Source: an uncultured Pseudomonadota bacterium
Lineage (GTDB): Bacteria > Pseudomonadota > Gammaproteobacteria > Burkholderiales > Methylophilaceae
Direction of reading: 5' to 3'
Assembly: GCA_903882525.1 (NCBI GenBank)
Contig: CAIRXI010000182.1
Span: 1 to 58,984, forward strand
DNA: 58,984 bases
Part shown: one piece after another, positions 8,380 through 18,649 of the stretch
Layout of the letters: the number at the start of each line of letters is the position of its first letter
How positions within the stretch are numbered: position 1 is the stretch's first letter
The notes under the pieces: generated by a model
Database searches by the model: none
What the model was told of the DNA's origin: nothing
What the model saw: the letters and a program-made list of their open reading frames with translations, nothing else
Made by a program: the position numbers and the translations under genes

Positions 8380-9285
8380 CTAGGCAATCACAGTGCTCAC
8401 TAGCAGTAACAAGCCGAACAAATGCGAAGCCAATATGGTTTGCTTAATACTGGCAACCTTAGACTGGTGATTATCAACGGTTATTTCGTAAGCAGTAACG
8501 ATGTTCAATGGCCAACAGAGCAAGGGGAGCAAGTATACCTTTGGCAACGAACCTAGGCCGACGAACGCAAGCAACAGGCCATAGGCCACACCGCTTAAGA
8601 TCAACGTCCACAACCATAGATATTGCTTGGGGGTTTTCACCGCTAAAGTCAATTTACCTGCACGTTGGTCTGCTTCAATATCTGGGATTTGATTGACGAA
8701 CAGTATATTTGCTACCATCAAACCATACGCCAAACCGAGAATCAAACTAGTGGCGTTTAGTTCCTTCGTCGAGATCATTGTTGAACCAATCACAACGAGA
8801 GTCCAAGCGCAAACTATCGCTATCTCACCCCAAAGCCCACGGCACATTAATTTAAGCGGCGGTGCTGAGTAAAACCAGCCTAAAATTAAACCGCCAAGAC
8901 CTACCCAAATCAAATGCCAACTAGTCATCCAGCTCAACATTATCCCACCAAAGATAGTTGTAAGATAAATGCCTAAACTCAGTTGCTTAATCTGTATTTC
9001 AGTAAAAAGATTATTCTGAATAAAGCGGCTACCACCAGTAAATGGGGAAACGCATTGAGTATTTTGTGCATCACTGCCATTAAGAGAGTCGAAGTAGTCG
9101 TTACTCAGGTTTGCCGCCGCATGCACTAGCAACACCAATAAAAAACAAACAATATTGATACCCCAATTTATCTGGCTGATTTTAGCCGCAATAGCAAAAC
9201 CGATAAAACAGGCCATAATACTAATACTTAGGAATGCTGGCCTAGTGGCTAAAAAATAGCCCCTGAAATGACGATTAAGCCACAT
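8380..9285 (-). CDS. UbiA-superfamily prenyltransferase, MenA-like
   Basis: ATRP start motif, ANLSNDYFD, FYSAPPL, NQIPDIEAD..GKLTL Asp-rich motifs; multi-TM. Confidence 0.85.
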   Translation of the reverse strand: MWLNRHFRGYFLATRPAFLSISIMACFIGFAIAAKISQINWGINIVCFLLVLLVHAAANLSNDYFDSLNGSDAQNTQCVSPFTGGSRFIQNNLFTEIQIKQLSLGIYLTTIFGGIMLSWMTSWHLIWVGLGGLILGWFYSAPPLKLMCRGLWGEIAIVCAWTLVVIGSTMISTKELNATSLILGLAYGLMVANILFVNQIPDIEADQRAGKLTLAVKTPKQYLWLWTLILSGVAYGLLLAFVGLGSLPKVYLLPLLCWPLNIVTAYEITVDNHQSKVASIKQTILASHLFGLLLLVSTVIA

Positions 9286-10533
9286 TTAGCGATTAACTAT
9301 CTTCTGTACCACTAAACTGCCCACCATATCGCCCTGCACATTCACCGTAGTGCGCAGGGTATCTAACAGTCGATCGATTGGCAGTAAAATCGCAATTGCC
9401 TCGGCTGGCAGGCCCACAGACTGTAATACCATCACCATCGTGACCATTCCGGCGCTAGGGATACCTGGTGCACCAATGGCAGCAAGCATGGCTGTAAAAA
9501 ATACGATTAGTTGCTGGGTAAAATTAAGATCTATACCTGCTAAATTGGCAATAAATAATGCTGCGGCCGCTTCATATAAAGCGGTGCCATCCATATTCAC
9601 CGTAGCGCCTAGCGGAATCACAAAACCAGCGATCTCAGGCTTTACATGTAAATGCTGGGTTGTGCAGCGAAGGGTTACAGGTAATGTAGCCGAGCTTGAA
9701 CTGGTAGCAAAAGCTGTAACCAATGCCTCACGTGCACCGCGCCAAAACCATAATGGCGTTCTGCCGGTAAATAGATATAAAATTAATGGCAGTATCAGTA
9801 CGCCATGCACTAGCAACGTACCCACAATTACTGCCACAAACTTAGCTAGCGTGCTAAGAATGGCCATATTCTGTACAGCGACCAACTTAATCAGTAATGC
9901 CATAATACCCAGTGGGGCTAAACGCATTACCCCGCCCACAATCAACATGGTGACATCAAGCGCTTCTTGAAGCAGCGCCAGTATATGCTTATAGCGATCT
10001 CCGCCCATCACTAGCGCCACACCTAAAATAAGCGCAAACATGACCACAGCTAGTACATCGCCTTGGGCTAAAGCCGCGAACGGATTAACAAATAGTCCAT
10101 GTAAGAACTGAGCGAAAAACTCAGGCATCGGCAGTTGTTTTGCCTCAAAATTTTGCATGGCATGATCAAACATAGGAAGACTTAAACCCGCTCCCGGTTT
10201 GAAATACAGGCTGGCTGACATACCCAGCACGATGGCAATAGCCATACTACTGACAAAGAAAATAAGGGTCGCAACCCAAACGCGATGCATTTGCTGATGT
10301 TGGCGCAGATTAGCAATACCCACGGCAATAGAGCAGAACACCAGCGGTATTAAAATCATTTTAAGCAGATCAATAAAAAGCGTGCCAACGATGCTCGCAG
10401 AATAAAGGCCGCCTTGTAGTAGCTGATTATGCTGGCCTAAATTGCCAACATTAAGCGTGTGGAAATAAAACCCAATCGCAACACCAAATAATGCACCTAA
10501 TAAAATTTGGTTATTAAGACTGGGTAGCTTCAT
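9286..10533 (-). CDS. Dicarboxylate/amino acid:cation symporter (DAACS, GltP family)
   Basis: AFATSSSSATLP, PLGATVNMDGTALY, IDRLLDTLRTTVNVQGD. Confidence 0.95.
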   Translation of the reverse strand: MKLPSLNNQILLGALFGVAIGFYFHTLNVGNLGQHNQLLQGGLYSASIVGTLFIDLLKMILIPLVFCSIAVGIANLRQHQQMHRVWVATLIFFVSSMAIAIVLGMSASLYFKPGAGLSLPMFDHAMQNFEAKQLPMPEFFAQFLHGLFVNPFAALAQGDVLAVVMFALILGVALVMGGDRYKHILALLQEALDVTMLIVGGVMRLAPLGIMALLIKLVAVQNMAILSTLAKFVAVIVGTLLVHGVLILPLILYLFTGRTPLWFWRGAREALVTAFATSSSSATLPVTLRCTTQHLHVKPEIAGFVIPLGATVNMDGTALYEAAAALFIANLAGIDLNFTQQLIVFFTAMLAAIGAPGIPSAGMVTMVMVLQSVGLPAEAIAILLPIDRLLDTLRTTVNVQGDMVGSLVVQKIVNR

Positions 10534-10540
10534 CAGTTAC

Positions 10541-12133
10541 TTACTCTTTGATAGCTTTAACGACTTTTGGTTTTGTAACTTTTTTAACCGCAGCAGCTTT
10601 CACTTTTGGTTCTTTAACTTTGACCGCTTTAGCTGGAATCTCTTTCAGAATTTTTTCCTTTACCACCTTGGCGGGGGCCTTAGGCTTAGCGACGGCTTTA
10701 GCTTGCACAGGCTTGCTCTCCGCAATTTCAGCTTTAGTAACACTTGCTTTCTTTATCGCCGGCGTTTTTTTGGTTTTAGGTTTTTCTGCACCCTCAACTT
10801 CAACCTCCACATCAACTACGGCCATAGTCTTAGATAGCTTAACTGGGGGGGCTGAAGGGTCTATTTTCTCAAACACTGCGGCAAAGAATCCATCGGTATG
10901 ATGAATATGTGGCAATAGTTTTAGGTATTTACCAGTATCCAGATTAATTTGCTGCTGGCTCAATATCTCGCTGGCATTAAGTAATTTAAAATCAGGATGG
11001 CTAGCCAAAAATCCTTCTGCAATCTGTTCATTCTCATCGCTTAATAAGCTACAAGTAGAGTAAATTAAACGGCCACCTGGCTTAGTAAATTTAGCAGCGC
11101 GCGCTAAAATTCGCGCCTGTTTTTCAGTTAGTTCAGATAAATCTTGTGGCGTTTGGCGCCATTTAAGGTCTGGATTACGGCGCAAAGTCCCTAAGCCAGT
11201 GCACGGCGCATCAACTAACACGCGATCAAATTTAGCGTTAAGGCGTTTTAATTTAGGGTCGTTTTCACTGCTGATGCTTTGTGCATTGAGGTTGCTTAGC
11301 CCTGAGCGTTTTAAGCGCTGGCCTAAGCTATGTAAACGCTTTTCTGACACATCAAAGGCATAGAGACGTCCCGTGTTACGCATCAACGCACCTATGGCTA
11401 AGGTTTTACCTCCAGCACCAGCACAAAAGTCTGCCACCATCATGCCGCGCTTGGCCGCAACCAAATGCGCCAAAATCTGGCTACCTTCATCTTGCACTTC
11501 AACCTTACCTTCTGTGAAAAGCACATGGCGGCTAATATTTAAACGTAGCGGCATCCGCAAACCAATTGGTGAATAAGGGGTTTTGCTAATATTAGATTCA
11601 CCCGTCGTGTTCTCAGCAATGAATTTTGCCAGCACCTCATCGCGCGTTCCTTTGATGGTATTGACGCGTAGATCTAGCGTAGCTGACTCATGCATACTGC
11701 GGGCAATAGTTAATGCCTCTGCCTCACCGTATTGCGCTACTAATTTCTCCCATAACCAGTCTCGCACATCGGCTTGCACTGCTAATGGTAAGTTTTCGGT
11801 TGATTTAGCTTTAATCGTATGTGCCCACTCTATTTGCTGTTCACTTAACATTGGCGTCATTTCGCGGATGCTCATACCTTGTATACGTAACATCCATGCC
11901 AATACCAGCTTACGTGCATCATCGGGGTCATTATCATCATTGGCGGTCACTGCGCTTAAAAAGCGTAAGCGGCGCAATACGCCGTAAACACTTTCAGCAA
12001 CAAAAGCACGTTCTTTTGTACCTAGATCACGATTGTTGCGAAAAAATTCACTTAATTTCACATCTGCTGGGCTATTAAACTCAAGTAGATTAGATAGCAT
12101 TACTGAAGCTTGGCGAATTAAATTGGGGGTCAT
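10541..12133 (-). CDS. RsmB/NOP-family RNA m5C methyltransferase with Lys/Ala/Pro-rich C-terminal tail
   Basis: VQDEGSQ, DFCAGAGGKT, DAPCTGLG, YSTCS, TDGFFAA; ~100-aa basic low-complexity tail. Confidence 0.92.
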   Translation of the reverse strand: MTPNLIRQASVMLSNLLEFNSPADVKLSEFFRNNRDLGTKERAFVAESVYGVLRRLRFLSAVTANDDNDPDDARKLVLAWMLRIQGMSIREMTPMLSEQQIEWAHTIKAKSTENLPLAVQADVRDWLWEKLVAQYGEAEALTIARSMHESATLDLRVNTIKGTRDEVLAKFIAENTTGESNISKTPYSPIGLRMPLRLNISRHVLFTEGKVEVQDEGSQILAHLVAAKRGMMVADFCAGAGGKTLAIGALMRNTGRLYAFDVSEKRLHSLGQRLKRSGLSNLNAQSISSENDPKLKRLNAKFDRVLVDAPCTGLGTLRRNPDLKWRQTPQDLSELTEKQARILARAAKFTKPGGRLIYSTCSLLSDENEQIAEGFLASHPDFKLLNASEILSQQQINLDTGKYLKLLPHIHHTDGFFAAVFEKIDPSAPPVKLSKTMAVVDVEVEVEGAEKPKTKKTPAIKKASVTKAEIAESKPVQAKAVAKPKAPAKVVKEKILKEIPAKAVKVKEPKVKAAAVKKVTKPKVVKAIKE

Positions 12134-12158
12134 GTTATTTCTCTTTATTGGTTTGGTC

Positions 12159-12182
12159 GGGCATCTAAACGCTTAGATGCCC
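12159..12182. repeat. Perfect 10-bp intergenic inverted repeat without U-tract
   Basis: GGGCATCTAA-ACGC-TTAGATGCCC between the DUF3108 gene and the RsmB-like gene. Confidence 0.7.
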
Positions 12183-12194
12183 ACTAGCATTAGT

Positions 12195-13244
12195 CTATGG
12201 TGTTGGCGTAGCTGGCGTCTCTGTTTTTAAGCTGGTAATTAACAGCTCATAGACTTTGCCTTCTTTTTCCGTTTTGCGTATTTTAACAGGTACATGCTGA
12301 TAATCTAAGGCCAGCCACAATTCAGTTTTATCATCACCTTCAGCAGAGCGGCGTAAAATATGGAATGTGTTTAAATTCCCCATTTTGGTCGGCACGATTT
12401 CTTCGCCTTCAAAGCTGTAATCATAGATCCCAAGCTTCTTACCATTGGTCACAGTGATTTGCATATTTTGTAGCGGTGCTACAAACATAAACTGATACAT
12501 AAAACTGAGCAAGTCCTGCGCGCCCTCCGGCAAGTCCACTAGCCTGTCTTCACTGGCGCTATGCAATCTTAGTTTTTGATTCGGCCAATCAAAATCGGCG
12601 CTAAAGGTTTTATTCTTTTTACTGCCAAATTGATATAAATAGTGCTGTGGCTGTAAGCCACTTCTAACAAGCACACCATCACTAGTTTGAAGCAAATTAG
12701 GTATAAACAATGAGGCTAAACCGCTGGCCTCAATCACGCTGCGCAATTTATAGTGAGCGCCATCCGGGAGTAATTGATACTCCATTGCGGCTTTACCTAC
12801 GGCGCCACTATCAAACTTAGCGGCCACATCAGTCCGCACATCATACTTGGCCTCTACATAGTGATAGGCGTTAGCATTAATGGCTTCTTCCTCAACGTCA
12901 GGTTGTATTATTGCTACCTCCTCTAATCCATTGCTTACTGCTGGCGTATCAATGGGTAAACTAGCGGCTTCAGGCTGGGAGGCAAGGTGCGGCTGAACAG
13001 AAGGCGCAGGTTTTGCTAATGCTTTTCGCTTGGCCTGAGGTTTAGCGACAGGTTTAGGTGGGGAAGATTTCGCTGGTGGTGCTACCAGCTGCGCCTTAAT
13101 GACCAGTGGCTCACTACCAAGATCGTTTAAATTAAAATAAAATCGAGCAATTAAAGTGAGGTGTAATAGTGTCGATAATAACAGTGCGACCGCTAACCAA
13201 CGGTAACCGGCGCGCTCCCATAAAAGTTTAAACTTACTCCACAT
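12195..13244 (-). CDS. DUF3108 domain protein with N-terminal TM anchor and Pro-rich linker
   Basis: AQDLLSFMYQF, VTNGKKL, ELWLALDYQHVPVKIR resemble DUF3108; TM helix plus PAKSSPPKPVAKP linker. Confidence 0.8.
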   Translation of the reverse strand: MWSKFKLLWERAGYRWLAVALLLSTLLHLTLIARFYFNLNDLGSEPLVIKAQLVAPPAKSSPPKPVAKPQAKRKALAKPAPSVQPHLASQPEAASLPIDTPAVSNGLEEVAIIQPDVEEEAINANAYHYVEAKYDVRTDVAAKFDSGAVGKAAMEYQLLPDGAHYKLRSVIEASGLASLFIPNLLQTSDGVLVRSGLQPQHYLYQFGSKKNKTFSADFDWPNQKLRLHSASEDRLVDLPEGAQDLLSFMYQFMFVAPLQNMQITVTNGKKLGIYDYSFEGEEIVPTKMGNLNTFHILRRSAEGDDKTELWLALDYQHVPVKIRKTEKEGKVYELLITSLKTETPATPTP

Positions 13245-13947
13245 GGAGCTCTGTTAACGTTTGTTCGATTTTGGCACCACTGTCTTCCACCATCAAAATG
13301 CGCACTGGCACATAATAATGTTCGCTGGCCAACCACAAGTCTTTACTTTCCGTTTTGTCTGGATCCAACTGTTGCTGCAGATGTAGGGCTTTGTATGAAA
13401 CCCCCTTGGATTCAATCACATCAGACTCAGCATGGATTTTATATTGATATTGATTCAGCTTTTTACCTGTGGTGAGTGTCACAGTAATAGCCTCTTTAAG
13501 TGGCGCAGGTAAATACATAAATTGATAGGCGTAACTAGCCAAGTCTTGCGTACCTTCGGTCAACGCCTCTTGTTTAACCACTCCTTTCACCATCATCTGT
13601 AAGCTATTTTTAGTCCAGTCAAAATCTGCTAACAGTGCTTTTTTAGGATTATCGCCTTGCTGTAATTCAAAATGATCTGGCTTTAAACCTAGACTGGTGA
13701 CCGTACCAACACTAGTGAGCTTACGCTCTCCAAATAAGGCATAGACGCCAATCCCCTTGGTAATACTCTCCACTTTGTAGGTATTGCCTGTAATGATTAA
13801 CTGCTCATACACTTTGGCAAAAGGCAGACCGTTGCGGGTAGCCTCATAGTTAGCTTGAATAAGCTTAGGCGTGATTGGTTGCGCTACTGCAATATTCACG
13901 GAAAATAAGCATAGGATAAAACTTAAAATTCTAATGTAACTTGTCAC
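13234..13947 (-). CDS. DUF3108 domain exported protein
   Basis: Signal peptide; TQDLASYAYQF, LTTGKKL, DLWLASEHYYVPVRI; paralogous to the neighbour. Confidence 0.8.
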   Translation of the reverse strand: MTSYIRILSFILCLFSVNIAVAQPITPKLIQANYEATRNGLPFAKVYEQLIITGNTYKVESITKGIGVYALFGERKLTSVGTVTSLGLKPDHFELQQGDNPKKALLADFDWTKNSLQMMVKGVVKQEALTEGTQDLASYAYQFMYLPAPLKEAITVTLTTGKKLNQYQYKIHAESDVIESKGVSYKALHLQQQLDPDKTESKDLWLASEHYYVPVRILMVEDSGAKIEQTLTELHVE

Positions 13948-14028
13948 GGTAACTCCTCAATAAAAACACATCAGTCGTTAACGCGCCAAGTTTCCGTAAG
14001 ATAGCACACCATGAAAACTTAAATTAGT

Positions 14029-15090
14029 TTACGCAACGATCGTTGGTGCTTCGCCTACCTGTTGCTTGCGGATAACGCCGATTTCAAATACGGTTTCGCC
14101 AGCATCTTGTAGCAATTTTTGTGCAGCGGCTGCATGCTCTTTGGCCACAATCACTGCCATGCCGATACCGCAGTTAAATGTTTTATACATTTCAAGATCA
14201 GCTACATTTCCTTGCGCTTGCAACCAAGTAAATAAAGGCGGCATTGTCCAGCTACCCTTTTTGATAGCAGCCGTTAAACCTGCCGGCAATACACGTGGAA
14301 TGTTTTCGGTAATACCACCGCCAGTAATATGTGCCATGCCCTTCACTGGTAAAGCCGCAATGAGTTCTAGTAAGGGTTTAACATAAATACGAGTAGGCGC
14401 CATCACCACATCTTTAAATGGCTGACCATGAAAATCAGATTCGAAGTCAATACCAGATTGTGCAATCAGTTTGCGAATAAGTGAGTAGCCATTAGAGTGT
14501 GCTCCACTAGACGCCAAGCCTAAGACTATATCGCCAGTAGCAATTGTCGTACCATTTATAATGAGTTCTTTATCCACACAACCTACGGCAAAACCAGCTA
14601 AGTCATATTCGCCTGCGGGGTACATGCCAGGCATTTCTGCAGTTTCACCACCAACCAAAGCGCAACCAGATTGCTCACAACCCTCAGCAATACCCTTAAT
14701 CACTAATGCTGCAGTGCCGACTTCTAACTTACCGCAAGCAAAATAATCTAAGAAAAACAAAGGTTCAGCGCCTTGCACTAGAATGTCATTGACGCTCATA
14801 GCGACCAAATCAATGCCGACAGTATCATGTTTATTGAGCTCAAAAGCCAACTTAAGCTTAGTGCCTACACCGTCGGTGCCAGACACTAGCACTGGCTGTT
14901 TGAATTTTTTAGGCATTTCAAATAGCGAGCCAAAGCCACCGATTCCGGCTAATACTTCTGGGCGCATTGTGCGTTTTGCAAATGGTTTAATTTGCTCAAT
15001 TAGTGCATCGCCGGCCTCAATATCAACGCCAGCATCGCGATAACTCATAGCATTTTGTGGGGGGTTTTTAACTGAATTTTCAGAATTCAA
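14029..15090 (-). CDS. purM: Phosphoribosylformylglycinamidine cyclo-ligase
   Basis: [44 protein letters not shown]. Start is TTG15090 or ATG15048; the track's 15156 overlaps the divergent gene. Confidence 0.96.
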   Translation of the reverse strand: MNSENSVKNPPQNAMSYRDAGVDIEAGDALIEQIKPFAKRTMRPEVLAGIGGFGSLFEMPKKFKQPVLVSGTDGVGTKLKLAFELNKHDTVGIDLVAMSVNDILVQGAEPLFFLDYFACGKLEVGTAALVIKGIAEGCEQSGCALVGGETAEMPGMYPAGEYDLAGFAVGCVDKELIINGTTIATGDIVLGLASSGAHSNGYSLIRKLIAQSGIDFESDFHGQPFKDVVMAPTRIYVKPLLELIAALPVKGMAHITGGGITENIPRVLPAGLTAAIKKGSWTMPPLFTWLQAQGNVADLEMYKTFNCGIGMAVIVAKEHAAAAQKLLQDAGETVFEIGVIRKQQVGEAPTIVA

Positions 15091-15149
15091 GATGCGGACT
15101 CGCTTTCTACAATATAATTTGCTGTGTTCAATTCGTAATTTTAACTTAA

Positions 15150-16226
15150 ATGGCACTAAAACAAGACAATCTTACAAGCAAATTTAGTGGATGGCTGATT
15201 GTAGCCACACTATTAGTGCTCATCTATCTGTTAAGCCCTATTCTTGCACCATTTTTAGCCGCAGCTATTCTTGCTTATATATGCAATCCAATAGTTGATA
15301 GTATCGAAAATTGGTCACTGGGGAAACTCCGCTTTGGCCGCACCAATGCCAGTTCAATCATGACATTAATCGTAATCACGACTGTGTTATTACTTCTATT
15401 AATCGTACTGCCCTTGTTACAAAAAGAGCTGATGATGGTGGTAGAGCGGTTGCCGATTTATACAACCTACCTAAAGCTTCATCTTGACCCTTGGCTAATG
15501 CAAAACTTTGGTATTGCGCTTGAATTTAATACCGAAAAACTACAAACCATACTTAGCGAAAACTGGAAATCTGCCGGCGGACTGATGGGTAGTATGCTAC
15601 TCACACTGAGTAGCCATGGAATGACCATTATTGCTTGGCTACTCAATGTGCTGTTAGTGCCCTTGGTGCTGTTTTACTTTTTACGCGATTGGCACCTATT
15701 GCTAGCTTCAATCGGCGAACTAGTGCCACGCAAAATATTTATTACCACTAAAAAAATCGCCACCGATATTGATGCAGTACTGGCCGCGTTTTTACGCGGG
15801 CAATTGACGGTAATGTTACTGATGAGCGTGTTCTATGCCATAGGTCTTAAGTTGGCTGGTTTAGATTTGGCATTACCTATAGGCATACTCGCTGGCGCGC
15901 TTGGTTTTGTGCCATATCTGGGCATAGGGTTGGGTATATTGCTGGCCACTATTTCCGGCCTACTTGAATTTAACACACTCAGCCAGTTCACCCCTGTTGT
16001 GGTGGTATTTAGTTTAGGTCAGCTATTAGAAAGCATGTGGCTGACGCCAAACCTAGTGGGAGACCGTATTGGCCTACATCCTGTCACTGTCATTTTTTCC
16101 TTATTAGCTGGTGGCCAATTATTTGGTTTTACCGGAGTATTGCTAGCACTTCCAGCTTCTGCCGCTATCGCAGTAGCCTTGCGTCATCTCCGCCGTCAAT
16201 ACTTTGATGGCAATTTGTATCAATAG
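15150..16226 (+). CDS. AI-2E family transporter (PerM-like)
   Basis: [53 protein letters not shown]; divergent from purM. Confidence 0.92.
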   Translation: MALKQDNLTSKFSGWLIVATLLVLIYLLSPILAPFLAAAILAYICNPIVDSIENWSLGKLRFGRTNASSIMTLIVITTVLLLLLIVLPLLQKELMMVVERLPIYTTYLKLHLDPWLMQNFGIALEFNTEKLQTILSENWKSAGGLMGSMLLTLSSHGMTIIAWLLNVLLVPLVLFYFLRDWHLLLASIGELVPRKIFITTKKIATDIDAVLAAFLRGQLTVMLLMSVFYAIGLKLAGLDLALPIGILAGALGFVPYLGIGLGILLATISGLLEFNTLSQFTPVVVVFSLGQLLESMWLTPNLVGDRIGLHPVTVIFSLLAGGQLFGFTGVLLALPASAAIAVALRHLRRQYFDGNLYQ

Positions 16227-16230
16227 CGCT

Positions 16231-16878
16231 ATGAGACAATTACTGCTTGATATACAGCCCCCTGCTTCACCTAGCTTCGATAACTTTGTTATCGGTTCAA
16301 ATGCCGAAGCTATACACCAGTTACAAAACGTGTGCTCCACTCAATCGCCTGATGCTGAACAGCATTTCATTTATATATGGGGTGGGGCGGGTAGCGGAAA
16401 ATCCCACTTAATTTCTGCCTGCCAAGCTGCTAATCGTCTGGTAGTCTGTGTTGATGATGTGCAGTTGCTAGACGACGGGGCGCAAATTGCATTATTTGAT
16501 ATCTACAACCAAATACGTGATGGTAATGCGCATCTAGACGACCATCAGCTAGCGCGTACTTTAATTGTAGCGGGCAATGCTGCACCAACACAACTCGGCC
16601 TGCGCGACGATTTAGCCACACGCTTGGCCTGGGGTTTAAGTTATCAATTGCAGCCACTTAGTGACGAAGAAAAGGCCTTAGCACTGTTAAGCCACGCTCA
16701 GTCACGTGGGATGCGATTGCCAGTGGAGGTGATTGATTATTGCTTACGTTATTTACGCCGCGATCTACCTACCTTAATCGCCACCGTTAATGCTTTAGAT
16801 CAATGGTCACTGACCACAAAAAAGCCAGTCACTGTGCCGATGTTACGACAGTTACTGCAGCTCAACTTAGAGATTTAA
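16231..16878 (+). CDS. hda: DnaA regulatory inactivator Hda
   Basis: N-terminal clamp-binding-like QLLLDI, FDNFVIGSN, WGGAGSGKSHL, DLATRLAWGL. Confidence 0.93.
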   Translation: MRQLLLDIQPPASPSFDNFVIGSNAEAIHQLQNVCSTQSPDAEQHFIYIWGGAGSGKSHLISACQAANRLVVCVDDVQLLDDGAQIALFDIYNQIRDGNAHLDDHQLARTLIVAGNAAPTQLGLRDDLATRLAWGLSYQLQPLSDEEKALALLSHAQSRGMRLPVEVIDYCLRYLRRDLPTLIATVNALDQWSLTTKKPVTVPMLRQLLQLNLEI

Positions 16879-16994
16879 CTTCGTTATCTAAATACGGTAA
16901 ATCCTAAAACTGGTTTACGCTAACCCCTAAGCGCAAGATGGGTTATTATTGCGACAGCAAACCAACCACCAGTTCACTTCTAGATAAATTAAAC

Positions 16995-18599
16995 ATGATT
17001 AGAATCACCGAAATTAAATTGCCACTTGATCACCTGCCTAGCGCCATTGTTGCGGCTGTGATTAAAAAATTGGGCATTAACGCCACCGACTTGGTTGAAT
17101 ACTCAATTTTTAAGCGCGGTGTGGATGCGCGTAAAGCTGATGCCATTTTGCTAGCTTATACGCTAGATGTAACGGTCAATGGTGAAACCAAAGTTTTAGC
17201 CAAGCTCAAAAAAGACCCCCATGTGAAACTGGCACCGGATACTTCTTATCATTTTGTCGCCCAAGCACCTGCAGATTTAAAAACCAGACCTATCGTGGTC
17301 GGTCTAGGTCCATCCGGTCTATTCGCTGCGTTGGTGTTAGCGCAATCAGGCTTTAAACCATTGATACTAGAGCGCGGAAAGGCGGTACGCGAGCGCACCA
17401 AAGATACTTTTAACTTTTGGCGTAAAGGTGAGCTTAATGCCGAATCTAATGTGCAGTATGGTGAAGGTGGCGCAGGAACATTCTCTGATGGCAAGCTCTA
17501 CAGCCAGATTAAAGATCCCAAACATTACGGACGCAAGGTATTAAACGAATTCGTCCAAGCCGGCGCACCTGAAGAAATTCTGTATGTAAGCCACCCACAT
17601 ATCGGTACATTTAGATTAGTGGGTATGGTGGAAAAAATGCGTGAAACCATTATCGCACTTGGAGGCGAAATTCGCTTTCAAAGCAAGGTTGACGATATTG
17701 AAATTGAGGACGGCCAAGTGCAAGCAGTTATCCTTGCTAGTGGCGAGCGCATTGCCACCCATCATTTAGTACTAGCGGTCGGCCATAGCGCGCGAGATAC
17801 TTTTGAGATGATTCATCAACGCGGTATTTATATTGAAGCTAAACCTTTCTCTATCGGTTTTAGAATTGAGCATCCGCAGTCGCTAATAGACGCGGCACGC
17901 CACGGACCTAATGCGCAGCACCCTATTTTAGGTGCTGCAGATTACAAGCTAGTGCATCACGCCAGTAACGGCCGTAGTGTGTATAGTTTTTGTATGTGTC
18001 CAGGTGGCACGGTAGTGGCTTCCGCTTCTGAACCCGGTTGTGTGGTCACCAACGGTATGAGCCAATATTCACGTAATGAACGAAATGCCAATGCCGGCAT
18101 CGTCGTCGGCATTACGCCTGAAGTTGATTTTCCAGGCGACCCACTGGCTGGGATCGCATTGCAACGAAAATTAGAAAGCCAAGCCTATGTATTAGGGGGC
18201 AGCACATACCAAGCTCCAGGGCAATTGATTGGTGATTTTTTATCCAATAAAGCTTCTACCGAGTTTGGCCAAGTGACGCCTTCCTATACCCCAGGCGTGC
18301 ATCTGACTAACTTAGAAACCGCCTTACCTGAATATGCAATCACAGCGATACGGGAAGCGATTCCGGAGTTTGCCAAACAGATCAAAGATTTTGATTTAGC
18401 TGACGGTATTTTGACGGGCGTGGAAACGCGCACTTCGTCACCGATACGCATTAAACGCAACGATGACAATTTGCAAAGCATCAATACAAAAGGCTTATAT
18501 CCAACTGGAGAAGGTGCCGGGTATGCTGGCGGAATTTTATCTGCTGGAGTCGACGGCATACGGGTGGCTGAAGCGGTAGCTTTAAGTATGGTTAAATGA
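16995..18599 (+). CDS. Uncharacterised FAD/NAD(P)-dependent oxidoreductase (COG2509-type)
   Basis: GLGPSG, GEGGAGTFSDGKL, SFCMCPGG, GVETRTSSP, GEGAGYAGGI. Confidence 0.9.
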   Translation: MIRITEIKLPLDHLPSAIVAAVIKKLGINATDLVEYSIFKRGVDARKADAILLAYTLDVTVNGETKVLAKLKKDPHVKLAPDTSYHFVAQAPADLKTRPIVVGLGPSGLFAALVLAQSGFKPLILERGKAVRERTKDTFNFWRKGELNAESNVQYGEGGAGTFSDGKLYSQIKDPKHYGRKVLNEFVQAGAPEEILYVSHPHIGTFRLVGMVEKMRETIIALGGEIRFQSKVDDIEIEDGQVQAVILASGERIATHHLVLAVGHSARDTFEMIHQRGIYIEAKPFSIGFRIEHPQSLIDAARHGPNAQHPILGAADYKLVHHASNGRSVYSFCMCPGGTVVASASEPGCVVTNGMSQYSRNERNANAGIVVGITPEVDFPGDPLAGIALQRKLESQAYVLGGSTYQAPGQLIGDFLSNKASTEFGQVTPSYTPGVHLTNLETALPEYAITAIREAIPEFAKQIKDFDLADGILTGVETRTSSPIRIKRNDDNLQSINTKGLYPTGEGAGYAGGILSAGVDGIRVAEAVALSMVK

Positions 18600-18649
18600 A
18601 AATAAAGGAATACGCCAATCCCAGCATGGTTTATGTTGATTGTTAGTAC

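Noticed and set aside
9350-9970. 206-aa plus-strand ORF and the many other antisense ORFs in the track
   Set aside because: They lie wholly opposite well-supported genes, are Ser/Ala/Pro-rich shadow frames, and show no family motifs.
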